A stretch of DNA of 64,000 nt from an uncultured Alphaproteobacteria bacterium. GTDB lineage: Bacteria > Pseudomonadota > Alphaproteobacteria > HIMB59 > GCA-002718135. Below, one piece after another: positions 9,318 to 20,310 of the stretch. The position numbers and the translations under genes were made by a program. The stretch covers positions 1,560 through 65,559 of the forward strand of contig CACLAN010000002.1 in the NCBI GenBank assembly GCA_902604905.1. Reading direction: 5' to 3'. The stretch's first letter is position 1. Each line of letters begins with the position of its first letter. The notes beneath the pieces are model-generated. The model was not told where the DNA came from. It saw only the letters and a program-made list of their open reading frames with translations, and did not search any database.

Positions 9318-9998
9318 CTAATTTTCTAAAATTGATTTTTTATCCCCAATATGTCTAATTTTAGATGGAATTACATAACCTTTGATTTGATTGTTTTTTA
9401 TTAATTTTGTCCAAATTTCATTCATTGGGAATATTTTTTTTCTTTTATTAAAGATTTTTTTAGATACGATTTGAAGGCCGGAGTAATACAATTTCTCATT
9501 TTTATTATTCCAATTTGTAACTACATTTCTTTTTAAATTAAAGTCTCCATTTTCTTTTTTTAAACCTAAAAAATTAATATCTTTAGATAACATCATTTTA
9601 CAGTGAGAAATATCTTGATAATTAGTAAGAAAATATTTGATATGTAATTTATTTTTTTTAGTCCAAAAAATATCAGAATTAACAACACATATTTTTTTTC
9701 TATTTGTATAATTGAAAATATTTTTTACTCCCCCCCCTGTACCAAGTATTTTTTTTTCATAGATAATCTGAATGGGATATTTTTTAAAATTTTTGTCCAA
9801 ATACTTTTTAATTTTATTATGTAAATAGTGTGTATTTATTAAGATTTCATCACATCCAATATTAGTAAAGAAATCAATTGTGTTCTTTAATAATACTTTA
9901 TTTTTATATTTTAACAGAGGTTTTGGGGTACTGCGTGTCAAATTCAGCATTCTTGATCCAAAACCTGCACATAAAATCATTAAAGTAAAATTCTTCAT
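9318..9998 (-). CDS. Sugar-1-phosphate nucleotidyltransferase, MurU-like (MurNAc-1-P uridylyltransferase candidate)
   Basis: N-terminal LCAGFGSRM nucleotidyltransferase motif. It lies downstream of an AmgK-like kinase and tsaE, the usual alphaproteobacterial order. Confidence 0.7.
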   Translation of the reverse strand: MKNFTLMILCAGFGSRMLNLTRSTPKPLLKYKNKVLLKNTIDFFTNIGCDEILINTHYLHNKIKKYLDKNFKKYPIQIIYEKKILGTGGGVKNIFNYTNRKKICVVNSDIFWTKKNKLHIKYFLTNYQDISHCKMMLSKDINFLGLKKENGDFNLKRNVVTNWNNKNEKLYYSGLQIVSKKIFNKRKKIFPMNEIWTKLIKNNQIKGYVIPSKIRHIGDKKSILEN

Positions 9999-10001
9999 AA
10001 A

Positions 10002-10919
10002 TTATAAATACTTTTCATACATTGATCTTAGTTCATAATTTTTAATATTATTCAATGTCGCTATTGTTCTAGATTTAGTTATTTTTAAATAGTTTAAGTA
10101 TTTATTATCATTATTTTTGCTAAGTAATTTTCTCCATCTACCAAGTAATCGAGTCTGTCGAGCTAAACTCAAAACATAATATTGTTCCAGAAAAGTATTA
10201 AAATTTTCAATAATTGAAGTGTTATCATAAAAATATTTAATTAATTTATCATTGTAATCTCTTGTAAAATTAATTCTTGGATTTTCTAATAGTGATATTA
10301 GGTCCCATCCTATAAATCCCTTAAAAGCACTTTGAAAATCAATAATTCCACATTGTAAATGTGATTCACAATTTTCTAAAAAAAATAAATTAACAAATTC
10401 AAAGTCTTTGTGAACAAAGTTTTTCATATTATAATTTTGAGAATAAAATATACTTTTCCATGATTCATAAAATTTTGAAGTTGGAAAATTTGAATTTTTG
10501 CTTCTAGGAATATAATAAGTTACAAACTCTTTAATTTCAATTTTTAAATCTTCAAAAGTGTATTCTTTTAAATTTTTTAAATTATTTAAATTTGATTCAT
10601 TTTGAACAACAATTATATTTTCTACAGCTAGTTTTAAAAGTTTATAAAGATTATCTTTATTGTATATTTTATTAAATCTATTTTTTCCAAAATCTTGCAT
10701 ATATATTTTATATCTCTTTTGATTAACTTCATATATCTTAGGAATTGATATATTGATCTTTTGTAATATTTCATAAACAGTAAGGAAATTTTTAAACTCT
10801 TGTTTATCTCTAGAAAAATCAATTATTATTTTCGTATTCTTTTTTTCATTAATTCTATAAATTAATTTATTAGATAGTCCGTCCTCAATTTTTTCTAAAT
10901 CATTTTGATCAGAATTCAT
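10002..10919 (-). CDS. Aminoglycoside-phosphotransferase-fold kinase, AmgK-like (anomeric MurNAc/GlcNAc kinase candidate)
   Basis: Catalytic-loop-like HKDFEFVN and metal-binding IIDFQSA motifs of the APH/choline-kinase fold; synteny with tsaE and the MurU-like gene. Confidence 0.65.
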   Translation of the reverse strand: MNSDQNDLEKIEDGLSNKLIYRINEKKNTKIIIDFSRDKQEFKNFLTVYEILQKINISIPKIYEVNQKRYKIYMQDFGKNRFNKIYNKDNLYKLLKLAVENIIVVQNESNLNNLKNLKEYTFEDLKIEIKEFVTYYIPRSKNSNFPTSKFYESWKSIFYSQNYNMKNFVHKDFEFVNLFFLENCESHLQCGIIDFQSAFKGFIGWDLISLLENPRINFTRDYNDKLIKYFYDNTSIIENFNTFLEQYYVLSLARQTRLLGRWRKLLSKNNDNKYLNYLKITKSRTIATLNNIKNYELRSMYEKYL

Positions 10920-10923
10920 TAGA

Positions 10924-11370
10924 CTATTGTTTAAAACAAATATTAATTTTTCTTTTAGTTTCTGAAATCATATCTAAATTTATTAAATAATGATTTTTGT
11001 TTAGCGGTAAACTAATTAACATTTCAGGCCACTCTATAAATGTAATATTGTTATTTAAATTTTCGAAGAAATCTAATTCCTCTAACTCCTTTAGGCTCTT
11101 TAATCTATAAAGATCATAATGATATATTTGTGATGAATTAAATTCATATGTTATCAAAATAGGGAATGTTGGACTAGTAATAGAAGATGGTTTTGGTAAA
11201 TTATTTAATACAAAAAGATTATTAATTAATAATCTTATAAATGTTGTTTTACCAGCACCTAGCTCTCCTTGAAATAAGTAAATATCTCCAACTGATATGT
11301 CTTTGCATAAATTTGTAGAGAGTTTTTCAAGTTCACGAAGATCTAAAATTTGATTACTTAATTTTTGCAA
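10924..11370 (-). CDS. tsaE: tRNA t6A37 biosynthesis ATPase TsaE
   Basis: GELGAGKTTF P-loop; about 150 aa; TTG start. Confidence 0.85.
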   Translation of the reverse strand: MQKLSNQILDLRELEKLSTNLCKDISVGDIYLFQGELGAGKTTFIRLLINNLFVLNNLPKPSSITSPTFPILITYEFNSSQIYHYDLYRLKSLKELEELDFFENLNNNITFIEWPEMLISLPLNKNHYLINLDMISETKRKINICFKQ

Positions 11371-11376
11371 ATTTTA

Positions 11377-12546
11377 TTATGCAATACCTTTTAGAGCTTC
11401 CACTAGATCAGTTTTTTCCCAAGTAAAATGTCCCTTGTCACTTGGTTCTCTACCGAAATGGCCATAAGCAGAAGTTGGAACATAAATTGCATTTGTAAGC
11501 TTTAAATGTTCTCTTATTCCTCTTGGACTTAGATCAAATAAATCTTGCACAGATTTTTCAATTTTCTGTTCATCAACTTTATTTGTTCCATTAGTATTTA
11601 CATATACCGATAAAGGTTTTGATACTCCTATTGCATAAGATAACTGTATAGTACACTCATCAGCTAGATCCGCTGCAACAACATTTTTTGCTAAGTACCT
11701 AGCTGCATATGCTGCAGATCTATCAACTTTAGATGGATCCTTTCCTGAAAATGCACCTCCACCATGGGGCGCTGCACCGCCATATGTATCAACTATTATT
11801 TTACGACCAGTTAAACCAGAGTCACCATCAGGGCCTCCAATTACAAAGTTGCCTGTGGGATTAACATAGAATTCTTCATCTTTAAGGCCTTCTAACAAGT
11901 TATTAGGTATGCACTCATATACGTAAGGTTTAACAATTTCTTTTACGTCCTCAGGAGATAAACCTTCTTTGTGTTGTGAAGAAATAACTAAAGAAGTAAC
12001 TTTACTTGGTTTTCCGTTTTCGTAAAGCATTGTAACTTGGCTTTTTGAATCAGGTTCTAGACCAGATGCAGATCCATCTTTACGGGCTTGTGCCATTTTA
12101 TATAATATTTGATGAGAATAATGTATCGGTGCTGGCATTAATGATTCAGTGTCTTTACAAGCAAAACCAAACATGATTCCTTGATCGCCTGCGCCCTCAT
12201 CTTTATTGCTACCAGAATCAACACCCATCGCAATATCAGCTGACTGCTCATGAAGAAAACTTTCGATATCACAGTTCTGCCAATGAAAGCCATCTTGTTC
12301 ATAACCAATATCTTTAATACAATCTCTAACTTGAGATATAATCTTATCTTTAGGAACTGATGGCCCCCTTACTTCTCCAGCTAAAACTACTTTATTGGTG
12401 GTGGTCAAAGTCTCACAAGCTACGCGTGTTTGTGGATCACCAGAAGATAAATAAGTATCAACAACCATATCTGAAATTCTATCACAAACTTTATCTGGAT
12501 GGCCTTCAGAAACTGATTCACTTGTAAACAAATAAGATCTTTTCAT
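11377..12546 (-). CDS. metK: S-adenosylmethionine synthetase
   Basis: [24 protein letters not shown] and GGGAFSGKD motifs. Confidence 0.97.
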   Translation of the reverse strand: MKRSYLFTSESVSEGHPDKVCDRISDMVVDTYLSSGDPQTRVACETLTTTNKVVLAGEVRGPSVPKDKIISQVRDCIKDIGYEQDGFHWQNCDIESFLHEQSADIAMGVDSGSNKDEGAGDQGIMFGFACKDTESLMPAPIHYSHQILYKMAQARKDGSASGLEPDSKSQVTMLYENGKPSKVTSLVISSQHKEGLSPEDVKEIVKPYVYECIPNNLLEGLKDEEFYVNPTGNFVIGGPDGDSGLTGRKIIVDTYGGAAPHGGGAFSGKDPSKVDRSAAYAARYLAKNVVAADLADECTIQLSYAIGVSKPLSVYVNTNGTNKVDEQKIEKSVQDLFDLSPRGIREHLKLTNAIYVPTSAYGHFGREPSDKGHFTWEKTDLVEALKGIA

Positions 12547-12554
12547 ATTAACTC

Positions 12555-13862
<1,308 letters not shown>

Positions 13863-13868
13863 TTATAA

Positions 13869-15578
13869 TTACTTTTTTAATGGTAATTTAACAAGAAAAC
13901 AAGCTCCACTAAAGTTTAAATTGTCACTTTCTGTTAATTCAATTGAACCATTGAATGAATTGATTATTTCGTATGATATTGAGAGCCCAAGACCTGAATG
14001 TTGATCTCTGTCATTTATTCTATCAGTATAAAATCTATCAAAAATTTTGTTTTTTTCTTTTAAATCTATACCCATACCTTGATCATAAATTTTTATTTCA
14101 ACACAATTTTCATTTTTTTTATTTGATGTAATTAATACATTTGAATTATTTTGAGCAATTGAAATGCTATTGTCTATCAAATTTAGCATTACCTGCAAAA
14201 ATTTATCTTTGTTAAGAAGCACCAAATTTTTATTATTATCAGTTTGAGTAAAAATTTTAATATTTTTTTTGTTTGTTGAATGTTCCCCAAAATTTTCTTT
14301 TAAAAATTTGTTTACATTAATTAATTCAAAATTTTCTATTTCAATTTCTGCAATAGTTTTTGAAAAATGAGAAATATCAGAAATCAACTTATTCATTCTA
14401 TCTATATCTTTATTAAAATTATTTATTAGTGTTAATCGATTTTTTTCATTCATATTTTTACTAGTTAATAATTCGATAGAAGATTTAATTGCAGTAAGTG
14501 GGTTTTTTAATTCATGTGCAACATCAGAGCTAAATTTTTCTAATTGATTAATCTGCGACTTCAATTCGTTTGACATAAGTTGTATTTGATTAGATAAAAT
14601 ACCAATTTCATCTAATCTTACAGGGTACATTAATTTATTCTTATTAGTTTTATCTCTCTCTAAAACAGTTATTTTAGTTAACTGCTTAAGTGGTGTTATG
14701 AGGCTTCTCAAAAAAATAAATGATAATAAGATTGTAACTAAAATAAATAAAAGAAAAAAATTAAAGAAATTTAAAGATTGTCTAGCTAATTCATTATTAT
14801 TTATTAATAATTTATACTTTATTAAAACAACTCCATAGACCTTATTATCTTGTATTATAGGTGCTGTTAATATTTTAGTTATATCATTATTTTCGTCTCT
14901 AAATGACTTAACAAGTTGTTGCTTATCTTTAATAGTTTCAATAATTAAAATAATCTCATGAACATTTTTATCTAAATTTTTATTAAATTTATTTGCAAGA
15001 ATGTAATTATTAATACGGTTAAAATTATTAATATAAATATTTTCAAAAAAATTTGGAAAATCAACTATATTTTCACTTGTTTCAGATAAATTTATCTCTT
15101 CAACATCTGTTCTCAGAAACAAGTTTGTGGAGTCCGCAATTTTAATCCAATTTTCATTGTAAATAATAGTGTTAAAATCTTTATCACCAAAGTTTTGAAA
15201 TATAAATTGTTCAGTCGTAAACTTTTCTAACTCAGGTTCGGATAATTCAATAGGATTAGTATTATCAACTAAGTTGCAACTCTCCTTATATGTATCAATA
15301 TCTTGAAGATATCTACAACGATAATCATACTGAAAAATTGGGACTCTTAATATTGAGGTATTTTCCAAATATTTTGCTATATTTGATAAATTTAATCTTA
15401 TTGTTTGATCTCTATTATCTATGAATTTATTATTTTGAATTAAATTGAAATTGAAATAAGATAAAAATACTAAACCTAAAAATACAATAATTAAGTTTAG
15501 TATAATGAGTTGAAATGTTAAATTATAACTTGATAAGTTAAATAATCTTTTAATCACGCCAAGAATATCCAGAGCCAT
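13869..15578 (-). CDS. Sensor histidine kinase, ChvG/ExoS/BvrS-like
   Basis: Two TM segments flank a roughly 250-aa periplasmic region. H-box DVAHELKNPLTAI; ATPase G-boxes DQGMGI and GLGLSIS. It overlaps the upstream OmpR-family regulator. Confidence 0.85.
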   Translation of the reverse strand: MALDILGVIKRLFNLSSYNLTFQLIILNLIIVFLGLVFLSYFNFNLIQNNKFIDNRDQTIRLNLSNIAKYLENTSILRVPIFQYDYRCRYLQDIDTYKESCNLVDNTNPIELSEPELEKFTTEQFIFQNFGDKDFNTIIYNENWIKIADSTNLFLRTDVEEINLSETSENIVDFPNFFENIYINNFNRINNYILANKFNKNLDKNVHEIILIIETIKDKQQLVKSFRDENNDITKILTAPIIQDNKVYGVVLIKYKLLINNNELARQSLNFFNFFLLFILVTILLSFIFLRSLITPLKQLTKITVLERDKTNKNKLMYPVRLDEIGILSNQIQLMSNELKSQINQLEKFSSDVAHELKNPLTAIKSSIELLTSKNMNEKNRLTLINNFNKDIDRMNKLISDISHFSKTIAEIEIENFELINVNKFLKENFGEHSTNKKNIKIFTQTDNNKNLVLLNKDKFLQVMLNLIDNSISIAQNNSNVLITSNKKNENCVEIKIYDQGMGIDLKEKNKIFDRFYTDRINDRDQHSGLGLSISYEIINSFNGSIELTESDNLNFSGACFLVKLPLKK

Positions 15579-16263
15579 ATCTTGTTCTTATTTGATCAAA
15601 AGAATTATCATAAGATCTGAATTTTTTTCTTAATCTCTTTATGTGACTATCAATAGTCCTATCATCAACATAAATAGAGTCACCATACATAGCGTCCATT
15701 AATTGATTTCTATCTTTTACTACTCCAGGATACTGAGCAAGTGATTTAATTAAATTAAACTCTGCAACCGTAAGCTCAATTTCTATACCTTTCCAAAAAC
15801 ATAATTGCTTATTTTCATCTAGTATTAAATCACCTTTTACAAAATTTTGTTTTTCAATATTCTTATTTTTTTGATCTTCGGTTCTATTATTATGAATCCT
15901 TAGAACTGTTCTCACTCGTTCATTTAACAATTTTTGTGAAAATGGTTTTTTTATATAGTCTGAAGCACCCATTCTCAATCCGATAATTTCGTCTTGTTCA
16001 TGATCTTTTGATGTTAAAAAAATAATTGGAAGTTCTTTTAATTTTTCAACCTTGCTTGAACGTACTTTTGAAAGAAGTTCATTTCCATCCATTTTTGGCA
16101 TCTTAATATCAAATAACCCCAAATCATAAGATTTGCTTTCAAGAGCCTTCAAAGCCTCAACCCCGTTAATAAATGTATCAACTCTAAACCCCTCACTTTC
16201 TAAAGAAAGAGACACTGATGTGAGAATCGACTGTTCGTCATCTACTAATGCTATATTTGTCAT
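15550..16263 (-). CDS. OmpR/PhoB-family response regulator, ChvI/BvrR-like
   Basis: Receiver domain (VDDEQ, FDIKMPKMDG) plus a winged-helix domain (RTIDSHIKRLRKKF). Confidence 0.9.
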   Translation of the reverse strand: MTNIALVDDEQSILTSVSLSLESEGFRVDTFINGVEALKALESKSYDLGLFDIKMPKMDGNELLSKVRSSKVEKLKELPIIFLTSKDHEQDEIIGLRMGASDYIKKPFSQKLLNERVRTVLRIHNNRTEDQKNKNIEKQNFVKGDLILDENKQLCFWKGIEIELTVAEFNLIKSLAQYPGVVKDRNQLMDAMYGDSIYVDDRTIDSHIKRLRKKFRSYDNSFDQIRTRYGSGYSWRD

Positions 16264-16497
16264 AACAGATTTTATTAATAATTTATGGCAGATTTAAGTT
16301 AAAAGAAAAAATGACTCAATTAATAAATTTAACAAAATGTGACTTAAGTTGATAAGTAAATCTAAATATTTCAATAACTTGTTTGTGTCTGGAAAATATC
16401 AATTAAGTAAGGGATTGACATGATAAAAAAAATATTTATGTTCTTATTTTGTTCTTATTGCGATATTGAGCAAATGTTGTATTGTCCCTTTTCGGCG

Positions 16498-16513
16498 GCA
16501 CTACATATTGTGT
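16498..16513. promoter_or_regulatory. Candidate NrdR box upstream of nrdA
   Basis: GCACTACATATTGTGT matches my recollection of the 16-bp NrdR palindrome acaCwAtATaTwGtgt at 14 of 16 positions. It lies 39 nt before the nrdA ATG. No convincing tandem second box was found. Confidence 0.3.
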
Positions 16514-16551
16514 TTTTCGACAATAATTTTTTAAAAATGGATAGAATTTAA

Positions 16552-19305
16552 ATGGCAGACAATCTACAGGTATCAGCAAACATCTCTGAAGAAAAAAGTG
16601 TAAACATACTTACATTAACCGTTGTACGTCGTGATGGAGCTATTACCCCTTTTAAATCAGACAAAATTTCTAACGCTATTAAGAAAGCATTCTTAGCACA
16701 AACAAAAATTAGAAATGATAAAAATAAAGAAAAAGAGCAACAAGACGGCATTCATAGAACTGTTGAAGCTTTAACACATAAAGTCGTCTCAGCTCTAACT
16801 AGAAGAATTGCTGATGGAGACATGATTCACATAGAAGATATACAAGACCAAGTTGAATTAGCTCTTATGAGGGATGAACACCATAAAGTAGCTAGGGCAT
16901 ATGTTCTATATAGAGAGCAGAGAGCAGCATCGAGGTATCATACAAAAAAACTAAAGGAAGAAGTCGGTGAAAAAGCTTCCTCGATGATGGTAACTAAAAG
17001 AGATGGAAGTAAAGAACCAATTTCATTAGATAAAATTACCAACAGGGTTTCTGTCTTATCTACTGGTCTAAATATTGATCCAATAGTTGTTGTTCAAAAA
17101 GCTGTACCAGGTTTATATAATGATATTAGTTCCTTTGAAATTGATACTTATCTTGCAGAGACTGCCGCTGCTTTAACAGTAGAACATCCTGATTATTCTT
17201 ATCTTGCAGCAAGAATAAAAGTAAATTCATTACATAAAGAAACTCCTGGATTCATAATAACAACAAAAAATTTATACAATGATGGATTGTTAAGAGAAGA
17301 CTACTATAAAAAAGTAATGGAAAATGCAGACTTAATAGAGTCCGTTATTGACTATGACAAAGATTATACTTTTGATTATTTTGCTCTCACAACACTAATC
17401 AGAGCATATTTACTAAAATTTGATAATAAAACAATCGAAAGACCTCAGGACTTATGGATGAGAGTAACCTTAACAGTTACAGGCAACGTGTTTGATTTAG
17501 ATAAAATAAAAGAAACTTATAAGAGTTTATCAAGTGGGATGTACACACATGCTACTCCAACATTGTTTAATAGTGGATTAAAAATGCAACAACTATCTTC
17601 CTGCTTTTTGATAGGCATGGAAGATGATTCAATAGAAGGAATTTTTAATACAATAAAAGATTGTGCACTAATATCTAAAACAGCAGGTGGTATTGGAATG
17701 CATGCTCATAATATTAGAGGCAGTGGAAGTAGAATAAAATCAACAAATGGCAAATCTAATGGTCTTATTCCATTTCTTAAAATTTTTAATGAAACTGCTA
17801 AATCTGTGGATCAAGGTGGAGGAAAAAGAAAAGGTTCTTTTGCTGTTTATTTAGAACCTTGGCACGCAGATATTGAAAAATTTCTGGAACTCAGAAAAAA
17901 TACAGGTGCCGAAGAATTTAGAGCTAGAGATTTATTTTATGCTTTATGGATACCAGATTTATTCATGAAAAGAGTAGAAAATGATGAAGAATGGACACTC
18001 ATGAGTGAACATGAATGTCCAGGCCTTTCAAATGTGTATAGTGACGAGTTTGAAAAACTTTACACAAAGTATGAAAGTGAAATGAAACATCTAGAAAAAA
18101 TTAAAGCAAGAGATTTAATGTCTAAGATCATAGAAGCGCAAATAGAAACAGGACAACCTTATATGCTTTATAAAGACTCGATTAATAGTAAATCAAATCA
18201 AAAAAACATAGGTGTCATTAAATCATCTAACTTATGTGCAGAGATAGTTGAGTATTCAGATAAGAATGAAACATCTGTATGTAATTTAGCTTCAATAGCT
18301 CTACCAAAGTTTGTTAAAAAATCTGATAAAAAATTAATATATGACTATGATGCTCTTTATGAGACTGCAAAATTAGCTACAAAAAACTTAGATGAAGTAA
18401 TAGATATAAATTTTTATCCAACTGACAAAACTGAAAGATCTAATAATAAACATAGACCAATTGGTTTAGGAATACAGGGTCTGGCAGATGTTTACTTCAA
18501 GATGGGTATAGCTTATGAATCTGAAGAGGCTAAAGAGATAAATAAATTAATTTTTGAAACAATTTACTTTGGTGCTTTAGAAGCTTCATGTGAGTTAGCA
18601 AAAGAAAAGGGAGCTTACGAAACATTTGAAAATTCACCTATTTCTGAAGGTAAGTTTCAATTTGATCTATGGAATGTTAATCCATCATCAAAATGGGACT
18701 GGGATACACTTAGAACTAAAATTAAAGAGCACGGTGTAAGAAACTCTTTAACCACAGCCTGTATGCCAACTGCGTCAACAGGGATTATATTAGGTAACAC
18801 CGAAACATTCCAAATACAAACATCTAATATATATAAAAGACAAACGCTTTCAGGTGAGTTTCTACTTGTAAATAGATACTTAGTTAATGAACTCTCTCAA
18901 AGAGGGTTATGGAATAAAGATATGAGAGATAAAATAATCTTAGAAAATGGATCTGTTGAAAATATAAATGAAATTCCGACTGAACTAAAAGAAATTTATA
19001 AAACAGTTTGGGAAGTATCTCAGAAAACTGTCATAGATATGTCTGCTGATAGAGCACCGTTTATTGATCAAACCCAATCAATGAATCTTTGGCTTTCAAC
19101 ACCTACATTTGGAAAAGTTAACTCAATGCATATGTATGCATGGAAAAAAGGGCTTAAAACTGGAATGTATTATCTAAGAAGTAGATCAGCTGTTGATGCT
19201 GTAAAAGTTACAGTTTCATCTGAAAAAGCAGCTAAAGATGCTTACATAAACACGACAATAAATCAAAACAATGAACCAGAAGACTGCGAAACTTGTAGTG
19301 CATAA
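16552..19305 (+). CDS. nrdA: Class Ia ribonucleotide reductase alpha subunit with two N-terminal ATP-cone domains
   Basis: Two VxxRDGxxxxFxxDKI-type ATP cones, catalytic SSNLCAEI, and C-terminal CETCSA redox tail. The core closely resembles eukaryote-type R1. Confidence 0.97.
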   Translation: MADNLQVSANISEEKSVNILTLTVVRRDGAITPFKSDKISNAIKKAFLAQTKIRNDKNKEKEQQDGIHRTVEALTHKVVSALTRRIADGDMIHIEDIQDQVELALMRDEHHKVARAYVLYREQRAASRYHTKKLKEEVGEKASSMMVTKRDGSKEPISLDKITNRVSVLSTGLNIDPIVVVQKAVPGLYNDISSFEIDTYLAETAAALTVEHPDYSYLAARIKVNSLHKETPGFIITTKNLYNDGLLREDYYKKVMENADLIESVIDYDKDYTFDYFALTTLIRAYLLKFDNKTIERPQDLWMRVTLTVTGNVFDLDKIKETYKSLSSGMYTHATPTLFNSGLKMQQLSSCFLIGMEDDSIEGIFNTIKDCALISKTAGGIGMHAHNIRGSGSRIKSTNGKSNGLIPFLKIFNETAKSVDQGGGKRKGSFAVYLEPWHADIEKFLELRKNTGAEEFRARDLFYALWIPDLFMKRVENDEEWTLMSEHECPGLSNVYSDEFEKLYTKYESEMKHLEKIKARDLMSKIIEAQIETGQPYMLYKDSINSKSNQKNIGVIKSSNLCAEIVEYSDKNETSVCNLASIALPKFVKKSDKKLIYDYDALYETAKLATKNLDEVIDINFYPTDKTERSNNKHRPIGLGIQGLADVYFKMGIAYESEEAKEINKLIFETIYFGALEASCELAKEKGAYETFENSPISEGKFQFDLWNVNPSSKWDWDTLRTKIKEHGVRNSLTTACMPTASTGIILGNTETFQIQTSNIYKRQTLSGEFLLVNRYLVNELSQRGLWNKDMRDKIILENGSVENINEIPTELKEIYKTVWEVSQKTVIDMSADRAPFIDQTQSMNLWLSTPTFGKVNSMHMYAWKKGLKTGMYYLRSRSAVDAVKVTVSSEKAAKDAYINTTINQNNEPEDCETCSA

Positions 19306-19320
19306 AGAAGGAGCAATAAA

Positions 19321-20310
19321 ATGATATCAAAAGGGGTTAAATCAATATTTCCAATAAAAAACCAAGAAATTTGGGATAGATATAAACAACATATTCAAGC
19401 CTTTTGGACAACCGAAGAAGTATCATTACAGGATGATCTAAGAGATCTAGAAACTTTAAACGATGGTGAGAAACATTTTATTAAGCATGTACTTGCTTAT
19501 TTTGCAAACTCTGAAGCAATGATTAATGAGAACTTAGCAAGCAGATTCTATAAAGAAATATTAATACCTGAGGCAAGATGCTTTATCTCAATTCAAATGT
19601 TAAATGAATCAATTCATGCAGAAATGTATGGTCTTCAAATTGAAGCTTACGTAAAAGATGCGAAAGAAAAAGATAAGTTGTTTGATGCGATACAAAACGT
19701 GCCTTGCATTAACCATAAAGCACAATGGGTATCAAAATGGCTTAATGGTTCTCAAAATCTATTAACAAGACTAATAGGATTTGGGTTGGTTGAAGGTTTA
19801 TTTTTTGCAGGTTCATTCTGTGCAATATATTATTTTAGAAAAAGAGGTTTACTTCCTGGTTTAGCTTTATCCAACGATTGGATTGCACGAGATGAAGGAA
19901 TGCACTTTAGCTTCTCATCATTGATGTTTAGAACCTTAAGAGACAAATTTAATAATAATACATTAACTGATTCGGATATTAGTGATTTATCATTAATTCC
20001 TTCAGATGTTCCTCAATCACAATTTGAAGAAATTGTTAGAGAAGCAGTAGCATTTGAAAAAGAATTTGTTAAAGATGCTTTACCAGTAGATTTAATTGGT
20101 ATGAACGAAGACCTAATGTGTCAATATATTGAAGCTGTTGCAGATAGAATTGCAGATTTATTTGAATTTGACAGAGTGTTTAACACAGAGAATCCTTTTG
20201 ACTTTATGAGAGCTTTGGACGTTCAAAATGTTACAAACTTTTTTGAAAAAAGAGTATCTGAATATCAAAGACCAACAGACAGGGCTTTAAGTTTTGATGA
20301 AGCTTTCTAA
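19321..20310 (+). CDS. nrdB: Class Ia ribonucleotide reductase beta subunit
   Basis: Di-iron ligand motifs NESIHAEMY and ARDEGMHFSF; C-terminal R1-binding tail SFDEAF. Confidence 0.97.
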   Translation: MISKGVKSIFPIKNQEIWDRYKQHIQAFWTTEEVSLQDDLRDLETLNDGEKHFIKHVLAYFANSEAMINENLASRFYKEILIPEARCFISIQMLNESIHAEMYGLQIEAYVKDAKEKDKLFDAIQNVPCINHKAQWVSKWLNGSQNLLTRLIGFGLVEGLFFAGSFCAIYYFRKRGLLPGLALSNDWIARDEGMHFSFSSLMFRTLRDKFNNNTLTDSDISDLSLIPSDVPQSQFEEIVREAVAFEKEFVKDALPVDLIGMNEDLMCQYIEAVADRIADLFEFDRVFNTENPFDFMRALDVQNVTNFFEKRVSEYQRPTDRALSFDEAF

